Shown piece by piece: positions 29,608 to 42,904 of a DNA stretch of 64,000 nt. Numbering within the stretch: position 1 is the first letter of the stretch; every line of letters begins with the position of its first letter. Source of the stretch: a virus (taxonomy: Duplodnaviria > Heunggongvirae > Uroviricota > Caudoviricetes). Made by a program: the position numbers and the translations under genes. Where the stretch lies: the IMG/VR virus record IMGVR_UViG_3300018430_000002; one strand, given 5' to 3'. The notes under the pieces were generated by a model, which saw only the letters and a list, made by a program, of their open reading frames with translations, was not told the DNA's origin and did no database searches.

Positions 29608-31281
29608 ATGGCTTTAACTGATAGCATTCGTTTTAGATAGGGTAGTTTAGCCTCCCTCGTTAATCAGTCTGTTGTTAATGGTTCTTTATGGTTCACCACT
29701 GACGAAGGTGCAATTTATTTAGACGTTAATGGTAGCCGTGTTCGCTTCGGTGATTTTGTAACTGTTGCTAACGTTGCTTCTCTTCCTACTGCAGGTCATG
29801 CTTATGAATCTGCTCTTTACTATGCAAAAGCTGAAAATGTTCTTGCTCGTTGGGATAAAGCCTCTAGCAAGTGGGTTCAGCTTAATGCTGCTGGCTTAAC
29901 CAAGGTTAATGTTACTGGTGGTGGCAATGTTCTTGCTGGTGCCACTACAACTGTTGACCCTGAAACTGGTGCAAAGGTTCTTACCTTTACCACTCAGAAT
30001 GTTGCAACTTCTGAAGAACTCGGCACTATGCAGACTCGCGTTTCCACTCTTGAAACCAAGATGGAAGGCGTTCAGGCTGACATTACAACTTTAAAGGGCA
30101 CAGGCGAAGGTTCTGTTGCTAAGGCTGTTGCTGATGCTAAGGCAGACCTTCAGGCAAAAATTGATGCAGTTGATGCTCTTGCTGATCAAGGTATCGCAGA
30201 TGCTGCTGCTGCAAAAACTTATGCAGAAGGCGTTCAGAGCAACTTAAATGCTACTAATCTTCGCATGGATACTGCTGAAGCTGATATTGATGCTTTACAG
30301 ACAGCTATTGGCGAAGGTGGCAGTGTTGACGAGAGGATTGAAGATCTAAAAGAAGAAATCCTTGGTGATGCTAATAGTGCAGCAGGCTCTGCGACTGTTT
30401 CTGGTGCTAATAAAGCCGCCGCAGCCGCACAAGCCGCCGCAGATGCTGCACAACAAGCTGCTGATGATGCTCAGGCAGATGCCGATGCTAACGCAGGTGA
30501 AATCAGCGGTCTTAAGACTCGTATGGACGGAGCAGAAGCTGATATCGACGATCTTCAGGCTGCTGTTAATACCTTAAATGGTGATGACAAGACTGAAGGT
30601 TCTGTAGATTATAAAGTAGCTCAGGAAGTTGCTAAAATCTTAAATGATAACGACGCTTCTGATATTGACACTCTTGAAGAAATTGCTGCTTGGATTAAGA
30701 ATGATACCGCAGGTGTTGGTTCTCTTGTAAGCCGTCTTGATGCCGTTGAATCTAAGAACAATTCTCAAGATACTTTAATTGAAGGCTTAGATGCTGAAAT
30801 CGATGCTAACAAACAGGCTGCCGAAAAGGCCGTTTCTGATCTTGAAGAAGCACTTATTGGTGATGCTGAGACCTATACCGATCTTGGCAAGGCTGAAGAT
30901 GCTATTATCGCAGCTAAGGCTCAGGCTGATAAAGGCGTTGCTGACGCAGCTGCTGCTTCTGCAGCCGCCGCCCAGGTTCAGACTAATTTAAATGCAACTA
31001 ATGGTCGTGTAGAAGGCGCAGAAGCTGATATCGATGACCTTCAGGCCCGCATGACTCAGGCAGAAGCTGATATTGACGCTCTTGAAGCTGCTGATACTAC
31101 TATCCGTGGCGAATTCGCAGCTGCTGATACTGCACTTAAGAATGAACTTAAAGGCGATGCCACCACTTATACCGATCTTGGCAAAGCAGAAGACGCTATC
31201 CAGGCTAACACTGGTTCTATCAATACTATCAATACCAACATTGAAGCTATCAATGCTGTTTTGACTTGGGATACTTTTTAA
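29608..31281 (+). CDS. Ala/Asp-rich coiled-coil fibre protein (~557 aa)
   Basis: ATG at 29608 after AGGGG; single TAG at codon 11 (29638). DTLEEIAAWI and GEGSVAKAVADA fibre motifs; repeated AEADIDxLQ and YTDLGKAEDAI; ends VLTWDTF. Confidence 0.75.
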
Positions 31282-31289
31282 TTAATAAG

Positions 31290-31328
31290 AAAGGCGGATA
31301 TTAACTAATAATATCCGCCTTTATTTTT
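31290..31328 (+). terminator. Intrinsic terminator
   Basis: AAAGGCGGATATT-aactaat-AATATCCGCCTTT followed by a T-rich tail. Confidence 0.75.
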
Positions 31329-31358
31329 ATATAAATAAGAAAAAAAGGAGGACTCTAA

Positions 31359-34300
31359 ATGGGCATTATGGATTCTCCAGTAAGATTTTTCAAAGGCTCT
31401 AAATCTGCCATTGACAATTTTTAGGGAATTGAAGATGGAAGATTGTTTTTTGCGACAGATACAAAATAGATAATGCTTGACTGTAATTTTACAGACAGCG
31501 AAGCAAATAACTATAATAAGAGAATTACTTTTGGTGGGTCTACTGGTATTCACTATGCAAATCGCACTTTCACAGAAGATGAAATTGCAGCTGATTTGTA
31601 TGTCTTTTCCATTTTAGATGGTCATATCGATCAAGAAGGAGAAGAACTTCCTGAGATTGATGATCTAATTTTGAACGTAAAAGATGGCTCATTTTATCGT
31701 GTCACAAGACGAGATGAAACAGAGCTTACTGTAGAAGCTACTAAATTGACAATTTCCGGTTCTGGTGGCGGCGGTGGAACCGATGGTGGCGGTGGATATA
31801 TTTCACGTACGCTATTATCTGATCGTACCTTATATGCCACTAAAACTTCTGCGAATATTCAAATGAAATATACTTGTTATTCTACTGCAGATGGCGCAAG
31901 TATTCGTGCTACAGTGTATGTTGGTACGGGCAGTGGCAGAAAACAAGTTGATTATTTCCCAGAAGTTAGCCAAGAAGAACCCAATATCGTTAACATTGCG
32001 GAATATATGTCTACTTTAAAATTGAATGCCGCCAACACAATTACCATTCAATTAGAAGATGATTATGAAAATTCCATTTCAGTATCTTGTACTGTATATG
32101 TTTATGATATGTATGTTACTCTTGTTGGTAGTAGCATGATTTTACCCCAAGAGAACGATTTTACTTTCCAGGTTCGTCCATATGGAGGCCAAGAATTATC
32201 TAATCGCGCATTAGTATATGAATTGCGTCAAGCAGGTAGTGATTCTGTTATTGCGAAAGAAATTGAATATACCACTGCTGACAATGGCTCTTCTGCGAAT
32301 AAAACTATTAAAAAGCAAGAGCATGGCGAATATACTTTAACTGTATATTTACAAGGTTAGATTCCTAAATCTGAAGAGTATTTAACTTCTCCTCCTATTC
32401 AAATCGAAATTCCATTTTATAATGCGAATGCTTCTTCTCCTCTAATTACTGCCACTTCAGGTATTACTTCTGCCACACAGTACGATAAAATTAAAATCGA
32501 TTACATGATTACATATGGAGCAACAAGTACTTCATACGTTAAATTGTTAGCAGAATATGATGAAGGCTTTGGCTCTCGCGTAGTCGGAGAAGAAATGATT
32601 GTTGAAATCAATAATAAGGAATTCTATAATTGGAATGTAACTTTTGATAAAGCTGCAACTTATTATTTATCAATTATTTATTTGGATTCAAACCAAAATG
32701 AAACCGATTATGCCAAAATCTTTACTCCAATTATTGTTGAATCTTTTGATGAAGAAGTTCCAGTAATCAATACTGCTGATCCATCATTAATGTTATACTT
32801 CACCTCTAAAGGTAAGTCTAATAATAGCCAAGATAAAGATACTTGGGTTTCTAAGTATTATGGTGGAGAAGTAAAAGCACAATTTTCTAACTTTAACTGG
32901 AACACTAATGGTTGGATTGAAGGCCCAGACGGTTTAGGTTTACATCTTACCAATGGCGCAAAAGTAGTTATTCCTTATTCTCCATTTAAACCTGATAGTA
33001 ACGGTTTGGGTGCAGAAAATTTAGGTCGTACTATTGAATTAGATTTCAAGATTTCTAATGTGCGCGATGAAATGGCTCCTGGTATTCAATGCCGTTCTTA
33101 CTATACAGCTGAATTAGATGATGGCACCAAAGAAGAAATTACCCAAGTAGGTTTTTAGATTTATGGTAATAAGAGTCAGATGAACTCTGCTTAGGTAAAA
33201 TCTAAAATTACTGATATGAGTGGATGGACTACGATGTTCAAAGCAGGAACACGTATTCATTTAACCTATGTTATTAATAGTGTAAATGATACTCCTCCTC
33301 GTATTTTTTATACTTTCTTAAATGGTGTTACTTCTTCTCTATCTGCTTATACAGAAACAGACCAATTTATTGACTTATCTGAAGATAAAGATAAAAATAT
33401 TTTCGATTCTGAATTTATTTTTGATTCTTCATATATGGATATTGATATTTATTCAATTAGAGTTTATCAATCTTCATTGAGACCAAATGATGTTCTTCGT
33501 AACTGCATCGCAGATAAATCTTCTGCTACTGACGCAGCAGCAGAATGGAAATAGAATGATGTTTTAACTACCTTCGAAGATAGAACAACTGGTATTGACC
33601 TTGAAGAAGTTATAAAGCTTGGCAATATTCCTTATATGGTATTTTATGATGGTCGTGATACCGGTAGTAAGAAAGATGAAGGCTGGGAAGACCCTGATTT
33701 TGAAGACGGCGAATTCCCGACTTCTGATGAATCTAGATTGCCAACTGGTAAAAAGGACTTCCGTCACATGGAAATGTATTATGTTGACCCAATTCGTGGT
33801 GAAAAATATAATATTGGTACTCCTGATAGTCCAGTAATTGTTACTTGCTACGCTCAAGGTACTTCCTCTCTGGAATATCCTGTCAAGAACTTGCGTATTT
33901 ATTTCCGCAAGAAGGATGACGGCAATCACCCGAATCAAATTGCTAAATATTCTTTAGAAGATAAACTTCCCGCTGTTAACTTGTTTACTTTAAAAGCAGA
34001 CTACATGGAATCTGCTAGTGCTCATAATACTGGTACTGCTAATATTTTGGATGAACTTTATAATTCAATTGGATTAAAGAGTCCTGCTGCGGCAGCTTAT
34101 CCAGATAATAGAATTGTAACTGCGATTTTGGGACATCCTATTGTTTGTTTCTATAAGCCATATAAAGCAAGTGCAGAATTCCCGGATCGTTATCAATATA
34201 TAGGTCGTTATAATTTTAATTTAGATAAAGCTACTCATGAATTATTCGGTTTTGAATCCGAAATGGAGGCATATGGTTCCCAGAAGAAACCTTGGGGCTA

Positions 34301-37300
34301 TTTACAGAATGCGGATGGCTCTTTAAGAGACGGTTTTAATACAGCTCTTGAATTTACCGATGGAAAAGTATATTATTCTGAACCTAACTTAGAATCCACT
34401 AAAATTGAATTCACTCAAGCTACAGAAGAAGACCGCGAAAAGGCATTTGGTAAGCAAGCTGCTATTGGCCCAATGTATGAATATAAGAGCGCAGAAGAAG
34501 GCGTTACTTGTGTTCAATGTTGGGAGTTCTTAAATAATACTAGTCCATTAGTTGGATTTAGAGAATATTGGGATGAAGAAGTAGATAAAGTTGAAATAAC
34601 TCATAAAGATGATACCGGAAAAACTGTAGTAGATCATGCTCCTTATGCTGACTGGACAGGCGCTTTTGAATCTCGTTATCCAGAACATGAAGAGGAAGCT
34701 TCAACTGATAAACGTACTTTAGCAAGAATGTTAAACTGGGTTGCATCTACTAATAGACATCCTGACGTTGTAGCAAAAGAATTAGCAGAACAGGGAAAAG
34801 ATACTTCTCCTGAAGCTATTAAAGCAGAACAAGAAGCCAGATTAAATAAATTTAATTTAGAATTTGCTGAATATTTTGTTCCAGATTTTGTTGCTTTCTA
34901 TTATGTCATTACAGAGTTTCTTCTTATGATTGACTCTCGTGCTAAGAACATGATGATGGCATGTTTTGATGCCGATCCAGAAAATAATACTGGACATTGG
35001 ATGCCTATTTTCTATGATATGGACACAATGCTTGGTGTTGATAACTCTGGTAACTTACGTTTCCCATATAGCCAAGAGGATAATCAACTTGATACTTTTA
35101 ATGCCGCAGGTACTTATGATGCTACTCAATATAGTGTATTGTGGTGTAATTATCGAGATGCTCGTTTTGGCGATATTAAAGCTATGTATCAAAAATTACG
35201 CAAAGGTGGAGTATTTAATTATAATCGTCTTTTAAGAGCTTATAACGCTGATCAAGCAGACGCTTGGCAAGAAGTTTATATTAACGAAGACGCCGATTAT
35301 AAATACATTGATCCTCTTGTTAGCGGATATGAAGTTTGGTTCGATCCAGAAGGCAATATTATTACTGCTGAAGAAGCAGCAAAAATTGAAGGCGCTAAGA
35401 AGAAGAGTGCTGCAAACTATTTATATGCCGCTCAAGGTACTCGTTCGCAGCATCGTAATTATTGGTTAGAAAAGCGCTTTAATTATTTAGATTCTAAATA
35501 TAATTATTCTCAAGAGGTATTAGGCTCTTCTGCAGGTTCTGGTTTGAACTTCCGTTTGAATTCTGACCTAGCACAAGGCGCAGGTAAGCCCAAGTTCTCT
35601 GGTGACTTTGATTTCATTTCATTAGCAGACCAATATGTAACTGTTGACTATGCTCAAGGAAATATTGTTGGTCCTGTTCGAATTTATGCAAATCAGCCTT
35701 ATCATGTTGATAGTCCTTTTGAGACATCGACTGACCAAGAAATGTATATCTATGGTCTTGATGATATTGTTGAACTGGGTGACCTTTCTACCAAATACTT
35801 TAATAAGTTCCAGTTAAATAAGGCAACAAAATTACGTAAATTAATTCTTGGTTCTCACGAAGGTAATTTCAGTAATCCGAACCTTGGTACGGCAAATATT
35901 TTTAATATTGGTGAGAAGGGAGCAAATGTTCCATTCCTAGAGGAAATTAATATTGAAAATTGTTCCGGTATTAAAGATGCTTTGGATTTGTCTGCTTGTC
36001 CTTATTTACAAAAAGTATATGCAAAAGGCTCAGCAATTACTACTGTAAATTTCTATCCCGGTGGAAACTTATAGCACATAGAATTGCCATCTTCCACTAC
36101 TGCTCTCTCCTTGAACGGCCAATTGTTCTTTAATACTAAAGATCATCCTGAAAATTTGAGCATTGAGAGCTATCGTAGATTAGCAAAAATGCATATTACT
36201 AATTGTCCTCTTGTTGATTCTAAGACTTTGTTTAAGAATACTATTTATACTGCTAGTTCAGGTAATGATGTTAGCTCTCTTTTAAATATTCGCTTAGATG
36301 ATTTAGATTGGACTTTTGACGTAGATGAATGCGTATTTAAAGATAATGTTTTAACTAATATTCCACTATTAGATATTTTGGTCACTTTAAATGGTCTAAA
36401 TACTGCAGGTAACAATATTACAAGAGCAGATATGAATAATGACTATTTGGCAGGAACTATCACTATTCTTAATGGCAATAATTATGGTATTAATGAATTG
36501 ACACTATATGAAAAGTATAGTATTTTATTCCCTAATTTACAATTTAAGTATACAGAAAATAATTATTGTACAAAAGCCTATTCTATTAATATTAATAATG
36601 CTCAATCACAAATTCTTTATTCTTATTCAAAGAAAATTAAAGCTACTGATATTGCTACATATAGTGAGAATTTAGAATCTTGGTTCACTCCAGTTGTTTT
36701 AGAGTATAATGAGATTGTAGATGAAGTAACAGGTGAAGTTTCTCGTGTTCCAAAAAATTATGACGAAACAAATCATTTGCCTCCTCTTGTAAAACAATCT
36801 ACAGCACAGTATATTTATGATTTCCGTGGCTGGGGATTAGAGAAGCCATTAGATTTCTCTGAACGTGATTATACTTCTGACGAGAGAGAACAAGCTATTG
36901 CAGATTCTCTCGCAATTAAAGTATCTTATACTATTGATGAAGATAATAATTATACCTATACCGCAGAAAAAGTTAATGGTTTTGAATTGAACATAGATGC
37001 ATTTGGTACTGACCAAGAAATTAATTTTTATCCAGTTTACGCCGCAGATTTGAACACTCATATTGTTCGTTTCTACGATGGTATAAATAGTGAGCCATTA
37101 AAGGTTGAGCGTGTAAAATATGGTTAGTCAGCGACTCCTCCTCAGAATCCGCAGAAACTTGAATTGCCCGAAAACGATAAGACAGTTGCTTACTCTTATC
37201 CTTTTATTGGTTATAATCTTCCTTACGACAATATTGTTATGGAGCTTAATACCATCGCCCAATATGGTACAAAGAAACCTTTATCCAAAATGACAGGCGA

Positions 37301-38354
37301 TGAAATTAGTCGAGATTACTTCAAACCTGCGAGTGTTAGTGAAGGTGTAGATTATCTTACCAGTGATGAAATCGCTATTGGTATTAAACCTGACTTTGCA
37401 GACGAGGCTATTATTATTCCTTCTACTTATGACGGAAAACCTGTTGGTCTAGTTAGAGTAGAGTATGGCGACTAGCAACCTAAGAACTTACGTCGTATTT
37501 TCTTCGAAGAAGGAAATACAATTAAGGTTATCGGCAATAATTTTATGGCAGAAAACAAGAATATTGAATTCTGTGATTTGTCTGCTCTTGGCTCATTATC
37601 ACTTATCGGTATTCAAGCTTTTATGAATTGTTTTAATTTAACATTTAAGTCACTGCCGAATAGCGTTACAAAAATTGACACTAATGCTTTTGCTTATTGC
37701 TCTTCAATTAATTTTTCTGCTTTACCTGATAAGTTAGAATCATTAGGTCCTAATGCATTTAGGTCTTGTGAATCTTTAGGAGAAATTACAATTAATAATA
37801 CTTAGCTCACACAAATCCCTGATTACGCTTTTGAACGTTGTACTAATCTTAAGATCAAGGGCGAAACTATCAATTGTTTAGTTACTACAATTGGTTAGTA
37901 TTCATTTGATTATTGTAGTAATTTAGTTTTGAATTTTGATATTGATTCTACTAATAGACTATCTACAATTAAAGATTTTGGCTTCGGTCATACTCCAATG
38001 TTAAATATCAATAATTTCCCAAGCAATCTTACTTCTATCGGCACTTCAGGTATGAGTTCTGTAAATGGTGCTGGAGGCTTGTTGACAGCTAATGTAATTC
38101 CTAAGACTGTTACCTCAATCGGTGGTGGCGCATTTATGTTTAGAAAATTGGCAGATGAAAATCTTGGTATCCTTATTATCGAAAATCCAAATATTATTTT
38201 AGCAGATAGTGCTTTCTCATATTTGTCAGGGGTAAAGGAAATTTGGGTTCCAAAATCTGTTGATTTAAATAGTGCTCCTTGGAATTCTGAAACTTGTTTT
38301 GGATGTACTCAATCCTCTCCTGGTGTTATTATAAAACACAATCCTAATGGCTAA
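31359..38354 (+). CDS. Giant multidomain virion-type protein: beta-sandwich/LamG-like region, CotH-like kinase domain, BspA-type leucine-rich repeats (~2331 aa, TAG=Gln)
   Basis: ATG after AGGAGG; all frame-3 fragments 31473-38354 join across TAG. Motifs QGTSSLEYPVKN, TLKADYMES, GRYNFNLDK, IDSRAKNMM and PIFYDMDTMLG resemble the CotH kinase family. LPNSVTKIDTNAFAYCSSI-type repeats lie near the C-terminus. Confidence 0.7.
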
Positions 38355-38369
38355 TGAAGAGGTATTATT

Positions 38370-38576
38370 ATGAAAAAAGTTATATTATATCAATATGTAA
38401 ATGATAACAATGAAGTGGTAGTAACTACTGAGCCGATGTCAGAAACATCGGCTCAGATCTTCTATCTTTTAACTGCGGACGAAGGTTATTATTTATATAA
38501 TAAAAAATTACATCATAAAAGGAAGTCTACAATTACTTCCGATTATCTTGCAGATAATTGGGAAGAATTAAAATAG
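38370..38576 (+). CDS. Small hypothetical protein (68 aa)
   Basis: Intact ORF with a GAGG RBS; LTADEGYYL..NWEE motif. Confidence 0.6.
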   Translation: MKKVILYQYVNDNNEVVVTTEPMSETSAQIFYLLTADEGYYLYNKKLHHKRKSTITSDYLADNWEELK

Positions 38577-38593
38577 AAAGAAGGAAATGAGTA

Positions 38594-39943
38594 ATGGCTA
38601 TTATAGCTTCTGAACATGTATTAGGTCTTGCGATGGGCCAAGAGGCGAAATTAACTACGCCTGGCACTACGGGTTATTTAACCCCCAAGGCTGGTATGAT
38701 GTACATTACAACAGATACTCATAAATTATTTGTTGATACTGTTGATGGTACTCGTATTGCGATTAAATCTCCTGAAGCTGCGAAAGTAACTAATGCTTTT
38801 ACTATTAAGGTTGGAGGCACTGCTTTAGGATCTGCCTTTAATGGTTCTGCTGCTAAAACAGTTAATTTTGTTGCTGGTACAAACATGCAGCTTGTTCCAT
38901 CTAATAATAATACAATTACAATTAATAATACTTTGTCTATTCCAACCTCTTTGAAAAATCCTTATGCTTTAACATGGGGAAATAAATCTTATGATGGTTC
39001 TGCTGCGAAAGAAATTACTTTAGAAGATTTCGGTATTACCAATGTTCTTCACTTCTTGGGAACTACTACTGATACTAATGTTGTAGACAACGGTACCACC
39101 AAGACTATTACTATTGGTGGCGCTTCTGTTACTGCAGTTTCTGGTGATATCGTAATTAGAGACAATGTTGAATATATCTGGACGGGAACCGCTTGGGAAA
39201 AGCTTGGAGACGAAAATCTTTGGGTTCCAAATACTCGCACTGTTAGTGCTGGTTCTGGATTAACTGGTGGCGGAGCATTATCTGGCAATCTTACTATTTC
39301 TCACGCTACTTATAATTGCACCCATCCAACCAGTGGCGATTTTGTGTCAAGTATTGCTGAAACCAATGGTCATGTTACAGGATATACCAAGACTAGCTGG
39401 TCTAGCGTAAGAAAAACTTTAGCTTTAAAAATTAATGGCACTGCTCAAACTACTTATGATCCATTTGGCTCAGCAAATCAAAGCTTTAATGTTCCTGTAA
39501 TGACTGCAGGAGATTCTTCCAAGGCAAGTACAATTGGTTTAGTTCCAGCCGCAGCTGCAGGAGCGACTACTCGTTTCTTATGCGCCGATGCTACTTGGCA
39601 CTCTCTTGTAGCGGGTACCGGTATTAGTGTTAATGGATTAACTATTAGTAATGCTGGCGTACGTAGTATCACTAAAAAGTCTAATGGTGTACTTACAATT
39701 GCTACTGGAGAGGCTTCTGGTGATATTACAGTTTATAGCTTACCAGCAGCAACTACTAGCGCTCTTGGTGGTGTAAAAGTTGGTAACAATATTTCTGTAG
39801 ATAGTGGTGTAATCAGCCTTACCGCAAATAATGTGAAAAATGCATTGGGTGTTGCTACAGCTAGCGCAGATGGTTATTTACAAAAAACTGATTTTGCTCT
39901 ATTCACAGAAGCTCATGATTCTATTGTTTGGGGTACTTTCTAA
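38594..39943 (+). CDS. Tail fibre protein (449 aa)
   Basis: Intact Thr/Gly-rich ORF with no TAG. YDGSAAK, AGSGLTGGG and YSLPAATTSALGGVKVG fibre motifs; ends IVWGTF. Confidence 0.75.
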   Translation: MAIIASEHVLGLAMGQEAKLTTPGTTGYLTPKAGMMYITTDTHKLFVDTVDGTRIAIKSPEAAKVTNAFTIKVGGTALGSAFNGSAAKTVNFVAGTNMQLVPSNNNTITINNTLSIPTSLKNPYALTWGNKSYDGSAAKEITLEDFGITNVLHFLGTTTDTNVVDNGTTKTITIGGASVTAVSGDIVIRDNVEYIWTGTAWEKLGDENLWVPNTRTVSAGSGLTGGGALSGNLTISHATYNCTHPTSGDFVSSIAETNGHVTGYTKTSWSSVRKTLALKINGTAQTTYDPFGSANQSFNVPVMTAGDSSKASTIGLVPAAAAGATTRFLCADATWHSLVAGTGISVNGLTISNAGVRSITKKSNGVLTIATGEASGDITVYSLPAATTSALGGVKVGNNISVDSGVISLTANNVKNALGVATASADGYLQKTDFALFTEAHDSIVWGTF

Positions 39944-39997
39944 TTGGTCCGTCTAAATTAAATAATCTAAATTGCTTTCTATATTATTTAGAGCATC

Positions 39998-40033
39998 GGG
40001 AGGAGTCTATTTCTGGGCTCCTCCCATTTTTTT
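39998..40033 (+). terminator. Intrinsic terminator-like hairpin
   Basis: GGGAGGAGTC...GGCTCCTCCC followed by a T-run. Confidence 0.65.
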
Positions 40034-40053
40034 ATTATAAAGGAGATTTGATT

Positions 40054-40521
40054 ATGCCAAACATTATTTTTGAGAATGGCGGTCATTTAAGAACGACTCA
40101 ATGTTCTGCAGATGAAGTATATGGTATTGAATCTCTTCAAATTTACATTCCTACTATTTATAATAATTCTCAAATTTTCCTTATGCTCAAGAATAAGTAG
40201 AATTTATATGAAATAGTAGAATTAGTAAAAAGCAAAAGAGAAAAAAACCATATCATTTGTAAGATTGCCGCAGGTTAGAATTTTAGAGTTTCTAATGATT
40301 TAATGACTTTGGCAATCTTAATTCTTGATCCAGTAAAAAATATATTTGAATTTAGTAAGGAAATTGAAATTAATCTTACAACTGATAAATATATTATGGC
40401 GCGGCAAATTCAATTAGCGGCGCAATTAGGATCACAAGTTTAGGCTTATTATCAAAAGATAGTAGAGCTTACTGAAGAAAATAAAAAAATATATGAATAG
40501 ATGAAAGGGGTACATATATAA
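40054..40521 (+). CDS. Hypothetical protein (~155 aa, TAG=Gln)
   Basis: ATG after AAGGAG; four TAGs read through; the TAA overlaps the next ATG (TAATG). Confidence 0.6.
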
Positions 40522-42221
40522 TGATAGTAAGAGTTCCTTCTTATACTGAAGATGCTATCTTGCATGGTGAATATCAAAAATTATTTGCCGCAGCAGAAAA
40601 GAAAACAGACCCAGGTACAACTATTACTAGTTTACCAGAATATTTTAATGCCCTTCAAAAAGATGCCAATTTGCGTGGTATTGGACGTTTTGCTCGTATT
40701 CCTCTTGATGAAGATTTATTTTTAGTAAATTTAAATGATCGTTCTATTACTGTTCCTCCACATTTCCAAAAATATGGTGTTGCAGTTAATGGAGATCATC
40801 TTGCTGAATTCTTATTCTTCCGTGTTGATAGATATTTTGATCAAATGGATTTATCTGAATGTGAATGTCGTATTGAATGGATGACTGCAGGAAATAAACC
40901 ATTGGCGGCTTATACACCAGCACATGCTATTGATTTAGTGTTTGAAGCTCCAATTGATCCTTCCATTAATCCCAAGCCTACTCATGGCGATATTATTTAT
41001 GCTGATGATAGTGAAAATGAAGAAGACCGTGAAAATGGAGATAGAAGTGCAATTATTTTTGGATGGCCTTTAGATAATCAATTTACTTCTGAAGTTGGCG
41101 ATGCTAAATTTGCAATTCGTTTTGTTTAGTATGATGTCAATGAAAAAGATGGAACTAAAGAAATTGTTTTCAATCTTTTAACTTCTCCTGCTACTGTGAA
41201 AATTCTTCCAAAACTTCCTATTGATTCTGAAATGCTAGAAATGGTAGATTATAGTGCTACTTTGGCTTCTCGTCCTGTATATTCTGGTTTAATTAATAGC
41301 ACTGGTCTTAAACCTGTTATTACTTCTTATAGCTGGGCTGAAAAAGCTTATGAAAATTTGGAAGAAAATGGTCAAGTAACATTAAGTGTTACGGCGACTG
41401 ACCCAGATCCTTCTAAACATCCTTTAACTTATCAGTGGTTTAAAGATTCAAAATCACTTTCAGGAGAGACACAATCTTCATATGTTGCCACTGAGGCTGG
41501 ATTGTATCATGTTGTTGTTATGAATGCCGTAGAGGATGAAGAAGGCAATCAAATCAGTACGACTAGTATTGCTACTAATCCTTGTTTAATTCCTAGTGCA
41601 GGCAAAATTGCTATTGATTATGAAGGTTATCCATTACAGCTATTTTCTAGCGGTGAATATGCAACTTCTGAAATTAAAGTTAAATTTGTTCCTGCTCTTG
41701 AGGCAGATCATAATCTTGGAAAGATTAATTATTCTTGGGCCGAAGATGGTATTGAGATAAATACTGGTGCAGTTGAAAAAGCAGGAGATTTCTATTGGGA
41801 AGTTCCATTGACAATTGAAAATATGGCTCATGGTAATTTTGTTTTAAATGCTACTCATGTATTAAATAAAACAGAATCTGCTACGGTAGAGAGTAAAATG
41901 ATTGAAATTCGTCCTGCCGCACAACAACCAGAAGAAGTTGTAATTAGTGCAAATGAAGACCGTTCTATTTTTGAATGTTCTTGCGTTGTACCTGGCAATG
42001 ATGATTTACAGTATACTTGGTCTTATACTAAATCTGAAGGTACTTTGATTTCTATTTCTTCCGGTTGGGGAAATGAAAAAACTATTTCTATAGAAGCTAT
42101 TGAAGCAAAACTTGGACGTGAAATAAAAGCTAAAGAAGCTTTACATGTTGCAGTGCGTCAAATTCGTTTTAATAATGAAGCAAATGCAAGTACAACTGCT
42201 AGCGCCAGTTTTAATCTTTAA
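40521..42221 (+). CDS. Baseplate-upper (BppU-like) N-terminal domain plus Ig-like domains (~566 aa)
   Basis: Joined across TAG at 41127. GDHLAEFLFFRVDRYFDQMDL..IIFGWPL..FAIRF N-domain; LTYQWFKD..AGLYHVVV is an Ig-like pattern. Confidence 0.6.
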
Positions 42222-42250
42222 GATTAGTTTCATAAAACAGGAGGTATAAT

Positions 42251-42877
42251 ATGAGTTATTATCTCGCTAATTCTTATTATAATGCTCTGTTGGATATATA
42301 GAATAATTCAGGTACATAGCTTTTAAAGTTTGATTTAACAGACGAAGAAGATATGATAAAACCTCTTATTGAAATTGATCTAAATAAACGCTTAATTATT
42401 TTACCTCCTGAATATGATCCTGAGCAAGGTGGTTTTTTAAGCCTAGAAAGTGATCATTTAGCAGAGTATTTATATTTTGTAGTAGATCGTTATTACGAAG
42501 ATATGGATTTATTTCAAACTGCTATTGTGGTAGAATATATTAATGCTGCAGATAAGCCGGAATCTCGAATATTTCCGGTCATGTTAAAAGATATTACTAC
42601 TATGCCAGGCAAAATTATTTTTGCCTGGCATATCGGCAATGAAGCTACAAAAGCGGCTGGCATGATTAAATTTGCAGTACGTTTTTATTTAGTTCATCCG
42701 ACAGAGGCTAAATTTGAATATAATTTAAATATTTAGTCTTCACAGAGTGAAATTAAAAAAAGTTTAGGGCATATAGACTGGGAAGAAGAATATGCCGATA
42801 TTTTTGATCCTTCTACTCTTGAGATTATTTTATCTGGTATTGAAATGGCCAGACATGTATATTGGACAGATGTTTAA
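42251..42877 (+). CDS. BppU-like domain protein (~208 aa), paralog of the 40521 N-terminus
   Basis: ATG after GGAGG; SDHLAEYLYFVVDRYYEDMDL..IIFAWHI..FAVRF; TAA at 42875. Confidence 0.6.
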
Positions 42878-42904
42878 TTTTTAGAGAAAAAGGAGTTTTT
42901 TTAT

